Source: Octopus sinensis
Lineage: Eukaryota
Direction: 5' to 3'
DNA: 64,000 nt
Assembly (NCBI RefSeq): GCF_006345805.1
Contig: NC_043005.1
Span: forward strand, 54,560,001 to 54,624,000
The notes beneath the pieces were generated by a model. It saw only the letters and a list, made by a program, of their open reading frames with translations. It was not told the origin of the DNA and made no database searches. Positions 1 to 10,330 of this stretch are shown here, piece after piece (the stretch's first letter is position 1; every line of letters begins with the position of its first letter). A program made the translations under genes and the position numbers.

Positions 1-454
1 GAGTGAAGATGCGTCTTTATAGCAGTGTGGAAGCATTCCATTTTCTCTGCCAGTTCCCTTGTCGTTTGACAAGAATTTTCGTGCAAAAGTTGGTTTAATT
101 GCTCTTCATCGAACTCAACTTGATGGCCAGAAGGAGGTATGTCTTTGAGGTCAAAGTTTCCATTTTTGAACTTGGCATACCAATCACGAGTGGTTCTTTC
201 ACCTATGGCACCCTCTCCATACACAACACGAATGTCATGAGCAGCTTTTGCGGCCTTAGAACCTTGATTAAAAACAAAGAGAAGGAGGTGTCGAAAATGC
301 TCATTTTTCTTAACTTGACATTCCATTTTAATGATCTGAAAATAAACAAAAATTAACTAAAATTATCTAGAAAAAAAAATAGATTCCAAAATTTAAAAAC
401 GCAATAAATTCCAAACTTTAAAAAAAATGCAGGAACTTAGTGGCCAACCCAATA
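1..454 (-). mobile_element. mariner DNA transposon, 5' part (runs off the window edge)
   Basis: Minus strand starts TATTGGGTTGGCCACTAAGTTCC at 454 (mariner-type TIR after TA), followed by a transposase N-terminal ORF. Confidence 0.85.
3..326 (-). CDS. mariner transposase N-terminal HTH region (Mos1/SETMAR-like), truncated by the window, probably inactive
   Basis: Manual translation MECQVKKNEHFRHLLLFVFNQGSKAAKAAHDIRVVYGEGAIGERTTRDWYAKFKNGNFDLKDIPPSGHQVEFDEEQLNQLLHENSCQTTRELAEKMECFHTAIKTHLH; open to the window edge; the usual RSGRP motif reads PSGHQ. Confidence 0.85.
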   Translation of the reverse strand, partial: MECQVKKNEHFRHLLLFVFNQGSKAAKAAHDIRVVYGEGAIGERTTRDWYAKFKNGNFDLKDIPPSGHQVEFDEEQLNQLLHENSCQTTRELAEKMECFHTAIKTHLH

Positions 455-605
455 CATTAAATCCTGTACCCATATATGCATATGTATATAAATATATATG
501 TAAGTATGTACATATATGTATGTATAAATGCATATATATATATATGTATATATATATTATTTATATTATTATATGATTGAATGCCAAGCATCCATTTCCA
601 AGTAA

Positions 606-845
606 GTTTGTGTGTGTGTGTGTTTGTGTGTCTGTGTCTGTCACCTACCCACCAACGTTTGATAACCGATGCTGGTGTGTTTACATCCCCGTAACTTAGC
701 AGTTCAGCAAAAGAGAGCAATAGAACAAGTACTAGTCTTACAAAGAATAAATTCTGGGGGGCGATTTGGTTTGACTAAAGGCGGTACTCCAGCATGGCCA
801 CAGTCAAATGACTGAAACAAATAAAAGAATAAAAGAAATAAAAAT
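606..845 (+). mobile_element. SINE family B, 3' half
   Basis: (TG)n-...GATGCTGGTGTGTTTACATCCCCGTAACTTAGC...GGCGGTACTCCAGCATGGCCACAGTCAAATGACTGAAAC, repeated many times in the window. Confidence 0.85.
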
Positions 846-1376
846 ATAAATTAACCTCAAACTTGACAGCCACTCAGCAATCCATAAAAAAACTATGTCC
901 CTTTGCTCAGTGAATTATTCTCACAACCATTTTCACTTGGTCTTAACATTGCTTATGTTGTGTTAAACGAAAGGTGCCAACCTTGCATTGTAGTGTTGAA
1001 TTATCTTCACCTTGCTTTTAATACATTTACTAATTTGGTATTAATAACTATGAACTACTTTTATAATATTATCAGGTATATTGATTGTATTGCAGAAAAT
1101 TCCAAATTATGTTTGTTGTTTTAAGAACATTATTTCCATTAACTTATTTGTCTTTAGACATGTAAACATAAATGATATTAGTAAAATAAAAAATATATGA
1201 AAACTCAAGTAAATATGAATGTCATTATTCTTGTCTTCACACAACGATTGTTTAAAATTGCGAACTTCCAGCAAAGAATAAATAATTAAAAATCCGCACT
1301 AAATTGCTATTGCCAGTCTGTGTACATTATACAAACTGTGTTAACATTGTATACAATTTATTTATTGTCAGTTAAC

Positions 1377-1630
1377 ATCATTATCATCATCAATCATCAT
1401 TTAACATCCGTTTTCCATGCCTGCATGGGTTGGACAGTTCAACAGGAGCTCACAAGCTGTAGAGCTGCACCAGATTACAATTTTCTGTCTTGGCATGATT
1501 TCTATGGTTGGATGCCCTTCCTAATGCCAACCATTTTAGAGAGTGTACTGGGTGCTTTTTATGTGGCACCAGCATGGGCACTTTTTTATCTGATGCCAGT
1601 GCAGATACTTTTTATGTGGTGTCAGCATGT
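1377..1630 (-). mobile_element. RTE-type LINE/SINE 3' end
   Basis: (CAT)n TTAACATCCGTTTTCCATGC..CATGGGTTGGAC, the reverse complement of the terminus at 8420-8473. Confidence 0.8.
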
Positions 1631-1887
1631 AACAGGTAATTTAAAATATAATTTAATTACTTCAGCTATTATTTAAATGAAATATGGCACTATTTTCTGT
1701 GAGTTCCTTTACTCTGACCCTAATTCTTCCTTTTTTACTTTTCCAATACTTATTTTCATTTACTTTCTACTTGCAATGGCGTGAACTAAATCTCAAGACC
1801 TAAGGCGTTGTAAATGGATATTCAACAGTTTTGACATTGAATATTCACTTGTTCTATCAACTGTATTACTTTGTTATTGAATCAGTA

Positions 1888-1990
1888 TGCAAGTGGTTGA
1901 GTATTCCACAGAATACATACCTTTAACGTAATCCTCAGGTAGTATCAGTGTGCCACAGTATAACAGTGGAGCCTCTAAAAGACAGATACA
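1888..1990 (-). mobile_element. SINE family D, 3' fragment
   Basis: GCAAGTGGTTGAGTATTCCACAGA...TTAACGTAATCCTCAGG matches copies at 37.8 kb and 52.4 kb. Confidence 0.6.
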
Positions 1991-2084
1991 CTCAATCAAG
2001 CGTTTTGCTAAAAAGTTTCTGTCTACCAAATTTTTTCTAGAAGACTTGGGTTGATCTGAGCCTTATAGTAAAATATATTAAATA

Positions 2085-2490
2085 GCAGGCTTTGTCATGT
2101 GGTTAAAAGACTTGCTTTGTCACCACGTTTTACTTTCAGGTTCAGTCCCACTCTGCAACACTTTGAGCAAGTGTATTTTACTATAGCCCCAAACTAACCA
2201 ATGCCTTGTGAGTGAATTTAATACACAGAAACCTTGTGAAAGTTTATCGTATGTATTTGACAGGCTTTTTATGTGTATCTTTGTGTTTGTAGTTTCTATC
2301 TCTATAGTTTGACAACTGGTGATGGTTTGTTTATGTTACCATAACTTAGTAGTTTGGCAAAAGAACCAATAGAATGTTTACCAGACTTAAAGAAGAAGTA
2401 CTGTGGTCAATTTGTTCAACAAGACCCTTTAATGCAGTGCCCCAGAATGGTTATAGTCTACAGACTAAAACAAGTAAAAGATAAAAATGT
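2085..2490 (+). mobile_element. SINE family B, degenerate near-full copy
   Basis: tRNA-like head GGTTCAGTCCCACT, CORE-like TTGAGCAAGTGT, tail ACTAAAACAAGTAAAAG. Confidence 0.8.
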
Positions 2491-2647
2491 GCCCCACCCA
2501 GGAGGATTGAACACAGGACCTTATGATTGAGAAGCAAACCCCTTAATTATTCAGTTCTGCTAGCTTAACGTACTCAGTCAAATAAATCTGATGGTACTAA
2601 ATATCTTAATTTTTCAATATTATTCACTCTAAAAACAACACCGTTTT

Positions 2648-2975
2648 ATGGAGATGTACTTGCATAGCAAGTGACCTGATCTGAGATCGTGTGCTGGAAC
2701 GAAAACAATTGCAATGTGGAAGGTGTTTATAAGCCATTTAAAAAACACACAAAAACCGTTAGATTCACTTCAACGTTTAAATTTAATTTGTCAAAATATT
2801 TTCGTCACTTTGAGACCATGACCTGTTCACTGATGCAGCACGGAGTTTTGTCAGTGAACAGGTCACGAAAATATTCTGACAAATTAAATTTAAATGTTGA
2901 AGTGAATCTAATGGTTTTTGTGTGTTTCTTAAATGGCTTATAAACACACCTTCCACAATGCAATTGTTCAACACC
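2648..2975. mobile_element. Foldback (palindromic) MITE-like element, right end truncated
   Basis: 2706-2966 is a long inverted repeat (CAATTGCAATGTGGAAGG...GACCTGTTCACTGA / TCAGTGAACAGGTC...CCTTCCACAATGCAATTG); related copies at 46570 and 63775. Confidence 0.85.
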
Positions 2976-3093
2976 ATTTTATTTATTTTATTTATTTTCC
3001 TGTCATTCACCATGCGATTCACTAATTTTATTCTCTTTACTACTGCAAATTAAACAGTACTTACCCATATTTCCTGGCATGGTTCTTAGTGTG

Positions 3094-3129
<36 letters not shown>

Positions 3130-3877
3130 TCTTTGTGTGTGCATATGTGAAAAAGAGATATGATTCTGATTCTGTCTTCTTACTGATTTATTATTCATAT
3201 CAGCTCAAACATATATTTCTACGCAGGTCTTAAATCAAAGGTCTTAAATCTAATGTTTCATATTTCAAGACTGAGCCATCATATTATCTAGAAACCATAG
3301 AAAAACTTTAGGTGAAACCATAAAGCTATTTTATTTTATTCTATTAATAGAATCTCTTATTTTCTACTTGTAAAGGTCAAGAAATTTTACAATTTATTAA
3401 CTCAATGCTATTATATTTATCTGAAGCTTATCATAGAAATATTGAGAAATTTATTATTATTTTCCAAAATTAACCTCACACCGAAATTGATAAGGCATGT
3501 TTGAGTATGAAAATCAAAGAATGGCTTATAATAATGAGGAAATTCTGATAAATCTTTAGCTGTTTATTATCAGTGATTTTCAAAGAAGTTCAAAGGATAT
3601 ATATCCTTTATAACTTATTCTACTGTCCTCAAATGCTCCCAGAACAAAGCATTTCAAAGGAAATAATGGCTAGTTTAAACAAAGAGATACATAAACATGG
3701 AAACCACTCTTTCTTTTGAACACAGACAAACACACATTCACTCCTACTCTCTTCACCTTCCCATCTGTCTCTCTCCTCCCTCCTCTGTCTCTTTCTATAT
3801 ATATGTGTGTGCGTGTGTGTGTGTGTCTATGTGTGTATTTGTATATCCCCCTCTCTTTCTCTTAGTAAGAAACCGAA

Positions 3878-4020
3878 TTTTAATTTTCTTAGGAATAGGA
3901 AAGGTTGTTCATATATACGAGGCTGAATCTGTTGTGTGTGAATATTTCATGCATCTGTGCTTCTAAGCATGCCTGCATGCATGCACTTATATATATTCTG
4001 GGCCAAGACTTATCTATCTA
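3878..4020. repeat. Local direct duplication, copy 1 (copy 2 at 7053-7197)
   Basis: TTTTAATTTTCTTAGGAATAGGAAAGGTTGTTCATATATA...CAAGACTTATCTATC nearly identical at both sites. Confidence 0.9.
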
Positions 4021-4029
4021 TCTGTCTAT

Positions 4030-4094
<65 letters not shown>

Positions 4095-4095
4095 A

Positions 4096-4133
<38 letters not shown>

Positions 4134-4197
4134 GTGTGTATATATGTATGTATGCATGTATGTATGTATGTATGTATGTATGTATGTATGTATACAT

Positions 4198-4234
<37 letters not shown>

Positions 4235-4235
4235 G
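4015..4235. repeat. Compound microsatellite (TATC)n/(TA)n/(TATG)n/(CA)n
   Basis: Direct reading. Confidence 0.95.
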
Positions 4236-4456
4236 TTAATCCAAATATGGAAACACAAAGAGAAAACACAACAACGTGAGGACGTGGAACAAGTATAGTG
4301 TTATTGGACGCTCAGGAAAGGAAAGAAAAAAGGATTTAACGTTTCGAGCACAGCTCTTGGTCAGAAACATAGGAAAAGGAAAAATCCAAGAAAGGGGAGA
4401 CGGAGGGAAAAAAAAATCACCAACAATACACACGCGGTCACATATTGAATGACTAA
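4236..4456 (-). mobile_element. Short HHR-bearing element, family P1 (Penelope pLTR-like or retrozyme-like)
   Basis: Flanked by (TA)n on both sides; homologous to 27365-27531 and 51640-51775; contains a minimal hammerhead fold. Confidence 0.7.
4335..4368 (-). ncRNA. Minimal type I hammerhead motif, degenerate (G8C)
   Basis: GUUU CUGACCA A GAGC UGU GCUC GAAA C GU U AAA: 4-bp stem II, palindromic ACGU stem III. Confidence 0.55.
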
Positions 4457-4485
4457 TATATATATATATATTTAAACAAGATACA

Positions 4486-4575
4486 CTTGGCCTGACGAGC
4501 AGCCTGTGGTATACACCTCACTTGGATATTTACCACTTTTGAGGTTCCACTCACTATGAAACATATGTAGCTCAG
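4486..4575 (+). ncRNA. Type I hammerhead motif with intact core and decayed stems (family P2)
   Basis: CUUGGC CUGACGA G...U GAAA CAUAUGU A GCUCAG; stem III is the perfect palindrome ACAUAUGU; GUA triplet; long imperfect stem II (GUGG/CCAC, ACCUCA/UGAGGU). Confidence 0.65.
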
Positions 4576-4633
4576 ATTTTATCTACTCCATTCCTTAACT
4601 CTTGTATATACATATATATGTATATATACATAC

Positions 4634-4710
<77 letters not shown>

Positions 4711-4719
4711 CACACAAAG

Positions 4720-5200
4720 TATAGGGGGTTTAGTTCACAGGTGATCTAAATGACTAGGTACGCTAGGTAAGTACTGCAACGGATTACCAAGGCCCCAAGG
4801 TTATAGTCGAGACAGTAGCTATGGAGCCATTGTAGATTTCCGATATAGCAGAAACATAACTGTTAAAGAGGAAAACAAATGTTAAGCCAAGTCAAACATC
4901 TCAAGTCATACACGTTATTATTATTGGAAAAATTCAAAGTCTTACAGCTGTTTCTGGGATATCCCAGAGTATGGGATATTCCATTATCAGAAACAAATAA
5001 GGAAAATGAGAAGGGTATAGATTAATGGACAGGAGAAAAGGAGATAAAGAAAGAGAAGAAAAAAAATATAAAAGTTCACATTTCAACTTTCCGATCATGT
5101 AGAAGTAATTCCGTAAGTCCTTAGGTGCAATCCTGTGTAAATCCATGTAGGTTAAAGTCCTAATAGTGTAAATGTCTAGAATAAATACCAACGTATACAT
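4720..5200 (-). mobile_element. Penelope-like element 3' fragment / pseudo-LTR (family P3)
   Basis: Between microsatellites; carries the HHR at 4939-4994; upstream peptide IYTIRTLTYMDLHR loosely resembles PLE ORF C-termini. Confidence 0.55.
4939..4994 (-). ncRNA. Type I hammerhead motif, degenerate (G8A)
   Basis: GUUU CUGAUAA UGGAAUAUCCCA UACUC UGGGAUAUCCCA GAAA CAGCUGU A AGAC: 11/12-bp stem II, perfect palindrome ACAGCUGU, GUA triplet. Confidence 0.65.
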
Positions 5201-5216
5201 GTATATGTATATATGC

Positions 5217-5262
<46 letters not shown>

Positions 5263-5723
5263 GTATGTATATATATGTGTGTGTGCATATTTATGTGTTA
5301 TAATACACATGTATAGCTATCAGGTTTCTTTGTATGGGAAATAGTGATTTTGCTGTCATTAGCAAAAACAAAAGCAATCTTTAAATAATTTGCTAATTAT
5401 GCACAAATTATTAAAAGAAACATCATAAAGTGCCAAAAGAAATTTTAAAATTTGAGGAGATTCTTATAATCCGTTATACTCGTAAAAGCTTTAAAGTATT
5501 CTAATAACTAGAATCATCGGTTTAAGCCCAATGTTCCAATGGGCAGCCTTCAACTTTTCCTATCCAAACAGTTTTTAACCCAATATTTCCACGATATTTA
5601 TAGCTTTGTCTGCTTCAAGTTTCACCATTCAAAAAAAAAAAAAAAAAGAAATGCAAAACAAAAAAGAATTATTGCATGGTCACTTGAAGTTTCTAAACTC
5701 TTATGATGTCAATAGTACATCAT

Positions 5724-5995
5724 AAACATCATCATCATCATCATCATCATCTTCTTCTTCTTCATCATCATCATTTAACATCTGTTTTCCATGTTGGCAT
5801 GAGTTAAACAGTTTGACAGGCGTTGGCAAGCCAGAGAGCTGACCAGGCTCTGACTGTTTTGGCATGGTTTCTACAGCTGGATAGCCTTCCTATTGTCAAC
5901 CATTTTACAGAGTGTACTGGGTGCTTTTTGCGTGGCACCTGCACCACTGCTTTTTGAAGTGAGACCAGCACCAATGCTTTCATACATGGCACCAT
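5724..5995 (-). mobile_element. RTE-type 3' end
   Basis: (CAT)n TTTAACATCTGTTTTCCATGTTGGCATG...GGGTGCTTTTTGCGTGGCACC. Confidence 0.8.
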
Positions 5996-6084
5996 ATGTG
6001 TGTGTGTGTGTGTGTGTGTCTGTGTGTGTATGAGTATTCATATGTACACACACACAAACACACACACATATATATATATATTTA

Positions 6085-6218
6085 TATTTATATTCTTTTT
6101 TTTATTCTAGAACACCACCTTTAGTGGAACAAATCAGCCCCAGGATTTTTTCTTTGCAATCCTAGTACTTATTCTAGCGGTCTCTTTTGCCAAACTGCTA
6201 AGTTACGGGCATGTAAAT
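6085..6218 (-). mobile_element. SINE family B, 3' fragment
   Basis: CTAGTACTTATTCTAGCGGTCTCTTTTGCCAAACTGCTAAGTTACGGG. Confidence 0.7.
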
Positions 6219-6306
<88 letters not shown>

Positions 6307-6327
6307 ATAGATAGATAGACAGGTGTC

Positions 6328-6463
6328 ACCCCCCCCCCTTCCCTGCTGGAGCGTCATGGAGCTTTAGGTGTATTAAAAACACACAACGCCCGGTCTGGAA
6401 ATTGAAACCGCAATCCTCCGACCGCGAGTCCACTGCCCTAACCACAGGGCCACTGTGCCTCCG
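6328..6463 (-). mobile_element. tRNA-headed SINE family A, 5' part
   Basis: Reverse strand GGAGGCACAGTGGCCCTGTGGTTAGGGCAGTGGACTCGCGGTCGGAGGATTGCGGTTTCAATTTCC (A and B boxes). Confidence 0.8.
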
Positions 6464-6699
6464 AATAAATGCGCCCTTTTAAAGCCTAGCGAAGTTCATG
6501 GGACCAGTTTCCCGGTTTCAATGGTGTATGTCTTCCCCAGCTGGATGGGACACCAGTCCATCTCAGTGTTACTCATTTTTGCCGGCTGAGTGGACTGGAG
6601 TAATGTGAAACAAAGTGTTTTGCTCAAGAACACAATGCGTCGCCCGGTCCAGGTATCGAAACCACAATCTTACGATCATGATGCTGACACCCTAACCTC

Positions 6700-6700
<1 letters not shown>
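6464..6700 (-). mobile_element. SINE family A2 (D-like core with family A tail)
   Basis: Homologous to 13012-13258, 20655-20910 and 56100-56410. Confidence 0.8.
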
Positions 6701-6744
<44 letters not shown>

Positions 6745-6748
<4 letters not shown>

Positions 6749-6865
6749 TTTATTTTGTAATGAGGTAAAACCCCAAGGCTGTGTAGATTTTAGAACATTT
6801 ATATTTATAAATGTTCTAAAATCTACACAGCCTTGGTTTTTTTATCTCATTACGAAATGAAATTT
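6745..6865. repeat. Near-perfect ~120 bp hairpin (arms ~59 nt, 2-nt centre)
   Basis: AAATTTTATTTTGTAATGAGG...TAGAACATTTATA TT TATAAATGTTCTA...TCTCATTACGAAATGAAATTT. Confidence 0.95.
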
Positions 6866-7052
6866 TTGTATACACACGCTAACATATGACCAACGTTGAA
6901 CCCCTTATTCGCATAATCACCGAACCTGGAACTTAACTGCTGTCCATCTATAGCACTTATTCAGCATTACATGACACCATTATATATATATATATATATA
7001 AGTATGATGCAAGGTATTAATTTTGTAGAGATAACAATTAAATTTGCTGATG

Positions 7053-7197
7053 TTTTAATTTTCTTAGGAATAGGAAAGGTTGTTCATATATAGGAGACTG
7101 AATCTGTTGTGTGTCAATATTTCATGCATCTGTGCTTGTAAGCATGCCTGCATGCATGCACTTATATATATTCTGGACCAAGACTTATCTATCTATC
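7053..7197. repeat. Local direct duplication, copy 2 (copy 1 at 3878-4020)
   Basis: Near-identical sequence, also followed by (TATC)n/(TA)n. Confidence 0.9.
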
Positions 7198-7198
7198 T

Positions 7199-7249
<51 letters not shown>

Positions 7250-7255
<6 letters not shown>

Positions 7256-7840
7256 GGTCAATGACTACATTGTCGAGTATGTCCTTCCTCTTTTAAGAAC
7301 CCAAACTACAGGGTTTCCTCCTCAAATTCATCATTATCAACTTCAATCACATCGATGTCAATCTCAAATTCATCATTGTCAACCTCAATTTTATCAACTT
7401 CAGTTCCAGTTAAAATGTTACCTATCTTGAGTTCATCATTGTGATTTTAAATATCCTTACTGTCAGATGAATCATGTTTTTTTCTTTATCAACATTGGCA
7501 TCAGTGATTACTGCTTCCAGAACTGTTAAAAGAATGTAAACATTAAATTTTTTTTCCAAAGGATTACAAGTTTTGTATGATAAATATTGTTATACATACA
7601 ATCAGTACAATAGATGTAACTCTTTTATCCCATAAGCAGTCACCCTGTCTCTCGCCCCCTAAGCAGCCACAAGTTGCAGTTCCAGCAGCTCCCGGTCAAA
7701 CAATCATATTATATACTGTATCATACACATATAAAACACTGCGAAGACAAAAATATTAGTTTGACATTTTGCTCATTGTTCCCACTTCTTTACTCTTTTA
7801 ACATATTCTTAAAGAACTCCACACAATCTTCTTCAGTAAT
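7250..7840 (-). pseudogene. Left arm of an old inverted duplication, with decayed acidic coding-like segment
   Basis: Minus strand reads ...TTTAATGTTTACATTCTTTTAACAG then TEVDKIEVDNDEFEIDIDVIEVDNDEFEEE with stops and frameshifts; homologous to 8540-9060 plus. Confidence 0.55.
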
Positions 7841-7934
7841 CAATCAGCCTGGTCTCAGTCAAAATACATATTTACTTAAATACATACTATTAATTGCTGG
7901 TAGGGATATTGTATTTGGTTATGCAACCATAATA

Positions 7935-8473
7935 TACTACGAAATCAAACTCGATTGTGAAGACTGTTGAGGCAAGTGAAATCAAAATTGAAATCGAAAT
8001 CAAACTCGGTGACTGGCATCCCTTGCTAGTGGAGCGCTAAGAGTACCATATGAGTGAGATCGTTGCCAGAGCAACAAGCTGGCCTCCGTGCTGATGGCAT
8101 GTTAAAAAGACCATTTGAGTGTGATCCTTACCTACATCGCCTTACTAGCACTTGTGCTGGTGGCACGTGAAAAAAAACATTCAAGCGGGGTCGTTGCCAG
8201 TGCCGCTGGACTGGCTCCTGTGCAGGTGGGACATAAAAAACACCATTTGAGCGTGGCCGTTGCCAGTACTACCTGACTGGCTCTCATGCCAGTGGCACGT
8301 AAAAGCACCCACTACACTCTCAAAGTAGTTGGCGTTAGGAAGGGCATCCATCTGTAGAAACTCTGCTAGATCAGATTGGAGTTTGGTTCAGCCATCTGGT
8401 TTGCCAGACCTCAGACAAATCGTCCAACCCATGCTAGCATGGAAAGCGGACGTTAAATGATGATGATGATGAT
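7935..8473 (+). mobile_element. RTE-type LINE 3' UTR with internal tandem units and (GAT)n tail
   Basis: Repeated CGTTGCCAG...TGGCACGT units; ends CATGCTAGCATGGAAAGCGGACGTTAAATGATGATGATG; start homologous to the UTR after the RTE ORF at 14579. Confidence 0.8.
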
Positions 8474-8539
8474 ATTAAAGGCTTGTAAGCTAATACTGTG
8501 CTCCACCTGTGTTAGCAGGGTAATTAACTCTGTAGAAAT

Positions 8540-9060
8540 TACTTTAAAAGATGATTTTGGTGGAAGTTTTAGGAATATGTTATGAGAGTTAAAAAAACAA
8601 TTGGAATAATAGATTAAATGTTAAACAGATGTGATTTATGTGTTTGTTATACTGTATATGTATTTAGTATATTAAGCTGTTTTACATCTAATGTACTTAA
8701 TGATGTATATTTATGGTTATGAAAGATGTGACAATTTTTTATTATACAAAACAAGTTATCCCTTACCAAAACATTTTAATGTTTACATTCTTTTACTTAT
8801 TCTGTGACAAGCGATTACTGATGTCAGTGTCTGTTCTTAAAAAAAAAAATTGTTTCATCCAACAGTTATGACATATACGTCAATGATGACAAAATCAAGA
8901 CAAATGACAAGGTAACTGAGACAAGTGGATGAAATTGAAGCTAATGCTGACGAATTTGAAGTTGACATTGATGAAATTGAGGTTGATGATGTATTTGAGT
9001 GGGAAAATCCTGTAAGAGTGGTTTCTCAATCACTAAGTTAAGTGACTCTAGAAAGTTCAA
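8540..9060 (+). pseudogene. Right arm of an old inverted duplication, with decayed acidic coding-like segment
   Basis: TTTAATGTTTACATTCTTTTA then VDEIEANADEFEVDIDEIEVDDVFEWENP; mirrors 7250-7840. Confidence 0.55.
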
Positions 9061-9550
9061 CTCAGAAACAGATATAGAGGAGAATTTGAAATGAAAGCAA
9101 GACTGTCTTTAAGTGTTTAGGGCCCAGATGCTATTATAAAGGAGTCACCTCCAACTCCCAATGAAATGTGATGAAATTATATAATTCAAAGGCCAAATAC
9201 CTCCTGGGCCCCAGTGCTGCAGCACCCATAGCATCTACTTTAAAATAGAAGCTGATGTAATGCAACTGGTGTGATACATAGAAAGTGAACCTTGAGATGG
9301 TAGGCCTATAGCAGCAATTGCAACCAACTGTGAATAATAAGAAAAGATAAACTCAAGGAATTAACAATTCTCTAGAATTAACATGCCCTTAATGAAAGGA
9401 CTCTTGTATCTAGATGCTGAAAATTCAGCAACTGAAACTGCTATTCAATTTTAAGAACAGGCTTACTTGAGTTAGTTAAGAAATTTATATATTGTGGAAG
9501 GAAGCAATTCACAAGTATATGAAGACAAGCAGTACAAGACTTCATTACAT

Positions 9551-9552
<2 letters not shown>

Positions 9553-9611
<59 letters not shown>

Positions 9612-9955
9612 TTAATGTTCATTGTCCAGGCTGGCATGGGCTGGACGATTTGACCAGAGCTGACAAGTTGGGGAGCTGCACCAGACTTCAATCTGACCTG
9701 GCATGGTTTCTACAGCCGGATGCCCTTCTTAACACCAATCACTTTGCAAACTATGCTGGGTCCCTTTTATGTGACACCACAAGGACACTTTCATGTGGCA
9801 CTGCACAGGCATTTTTACACGGTGCCACACAGGTGCTTGTATGTTGCACTGCACGGGTGCTTTTATATGGCACCACACAAGCACTTTTACATCGTGCAAC
9901 GCAGGCGATTTTACATGGTACTGCCATGAGTCCTTTTCACTACCAGTAGGACCAG
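9553..9955 (-). mobile_element. RTE-type 3' end with expanded (CAT)n tail
   Basis: Long (CAT)n, TTTAATGTTCATTGTCCAGGCTGGCATGGG, tandem short TGGCAC units. Confidence 0.8.
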
Positions 9956-10194
9956 TCTTAACACTTCTCCTGTGAAGTACAGGTGTTATGATGGATTTCT
10001 TTCAGTTTATATATCGTTTTGGGATTTTGTTGGCAAGATTCTTTATATGAGTTCATGTATTGAAGCATATTCTGTTGTGTCTGGGGAGAGTCATTTTCGT
10101 TTTGTGCCTTTTAATTTAACACATTCACTGGTAAAATTTCCCCTATTTCTTATTTTTATTTTCCTAAAATTTTCATTGCGTCTTGCGACTTTTC

Positions 10195-10330
10195 AATAAG
10201 GCTTTAACTGACCTGAAAGTATCACAGAAGACACTTTGGTTGACCCGAGGAAGACTGTGCACATGCAGAGAAACTGAATCCAGGACCATATGGTTGGGTA
10301 GTAAGGTTCTGAATCACACAGCCATGCCTG
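10195..10330 (-). mobile_element. SINE family B, 5' fragment
   Basis: ACTGAATCCAGGACCATATGGTTGGGTAGTAAG...CACACAGCCATGCCTG. Confidence 0.6.
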
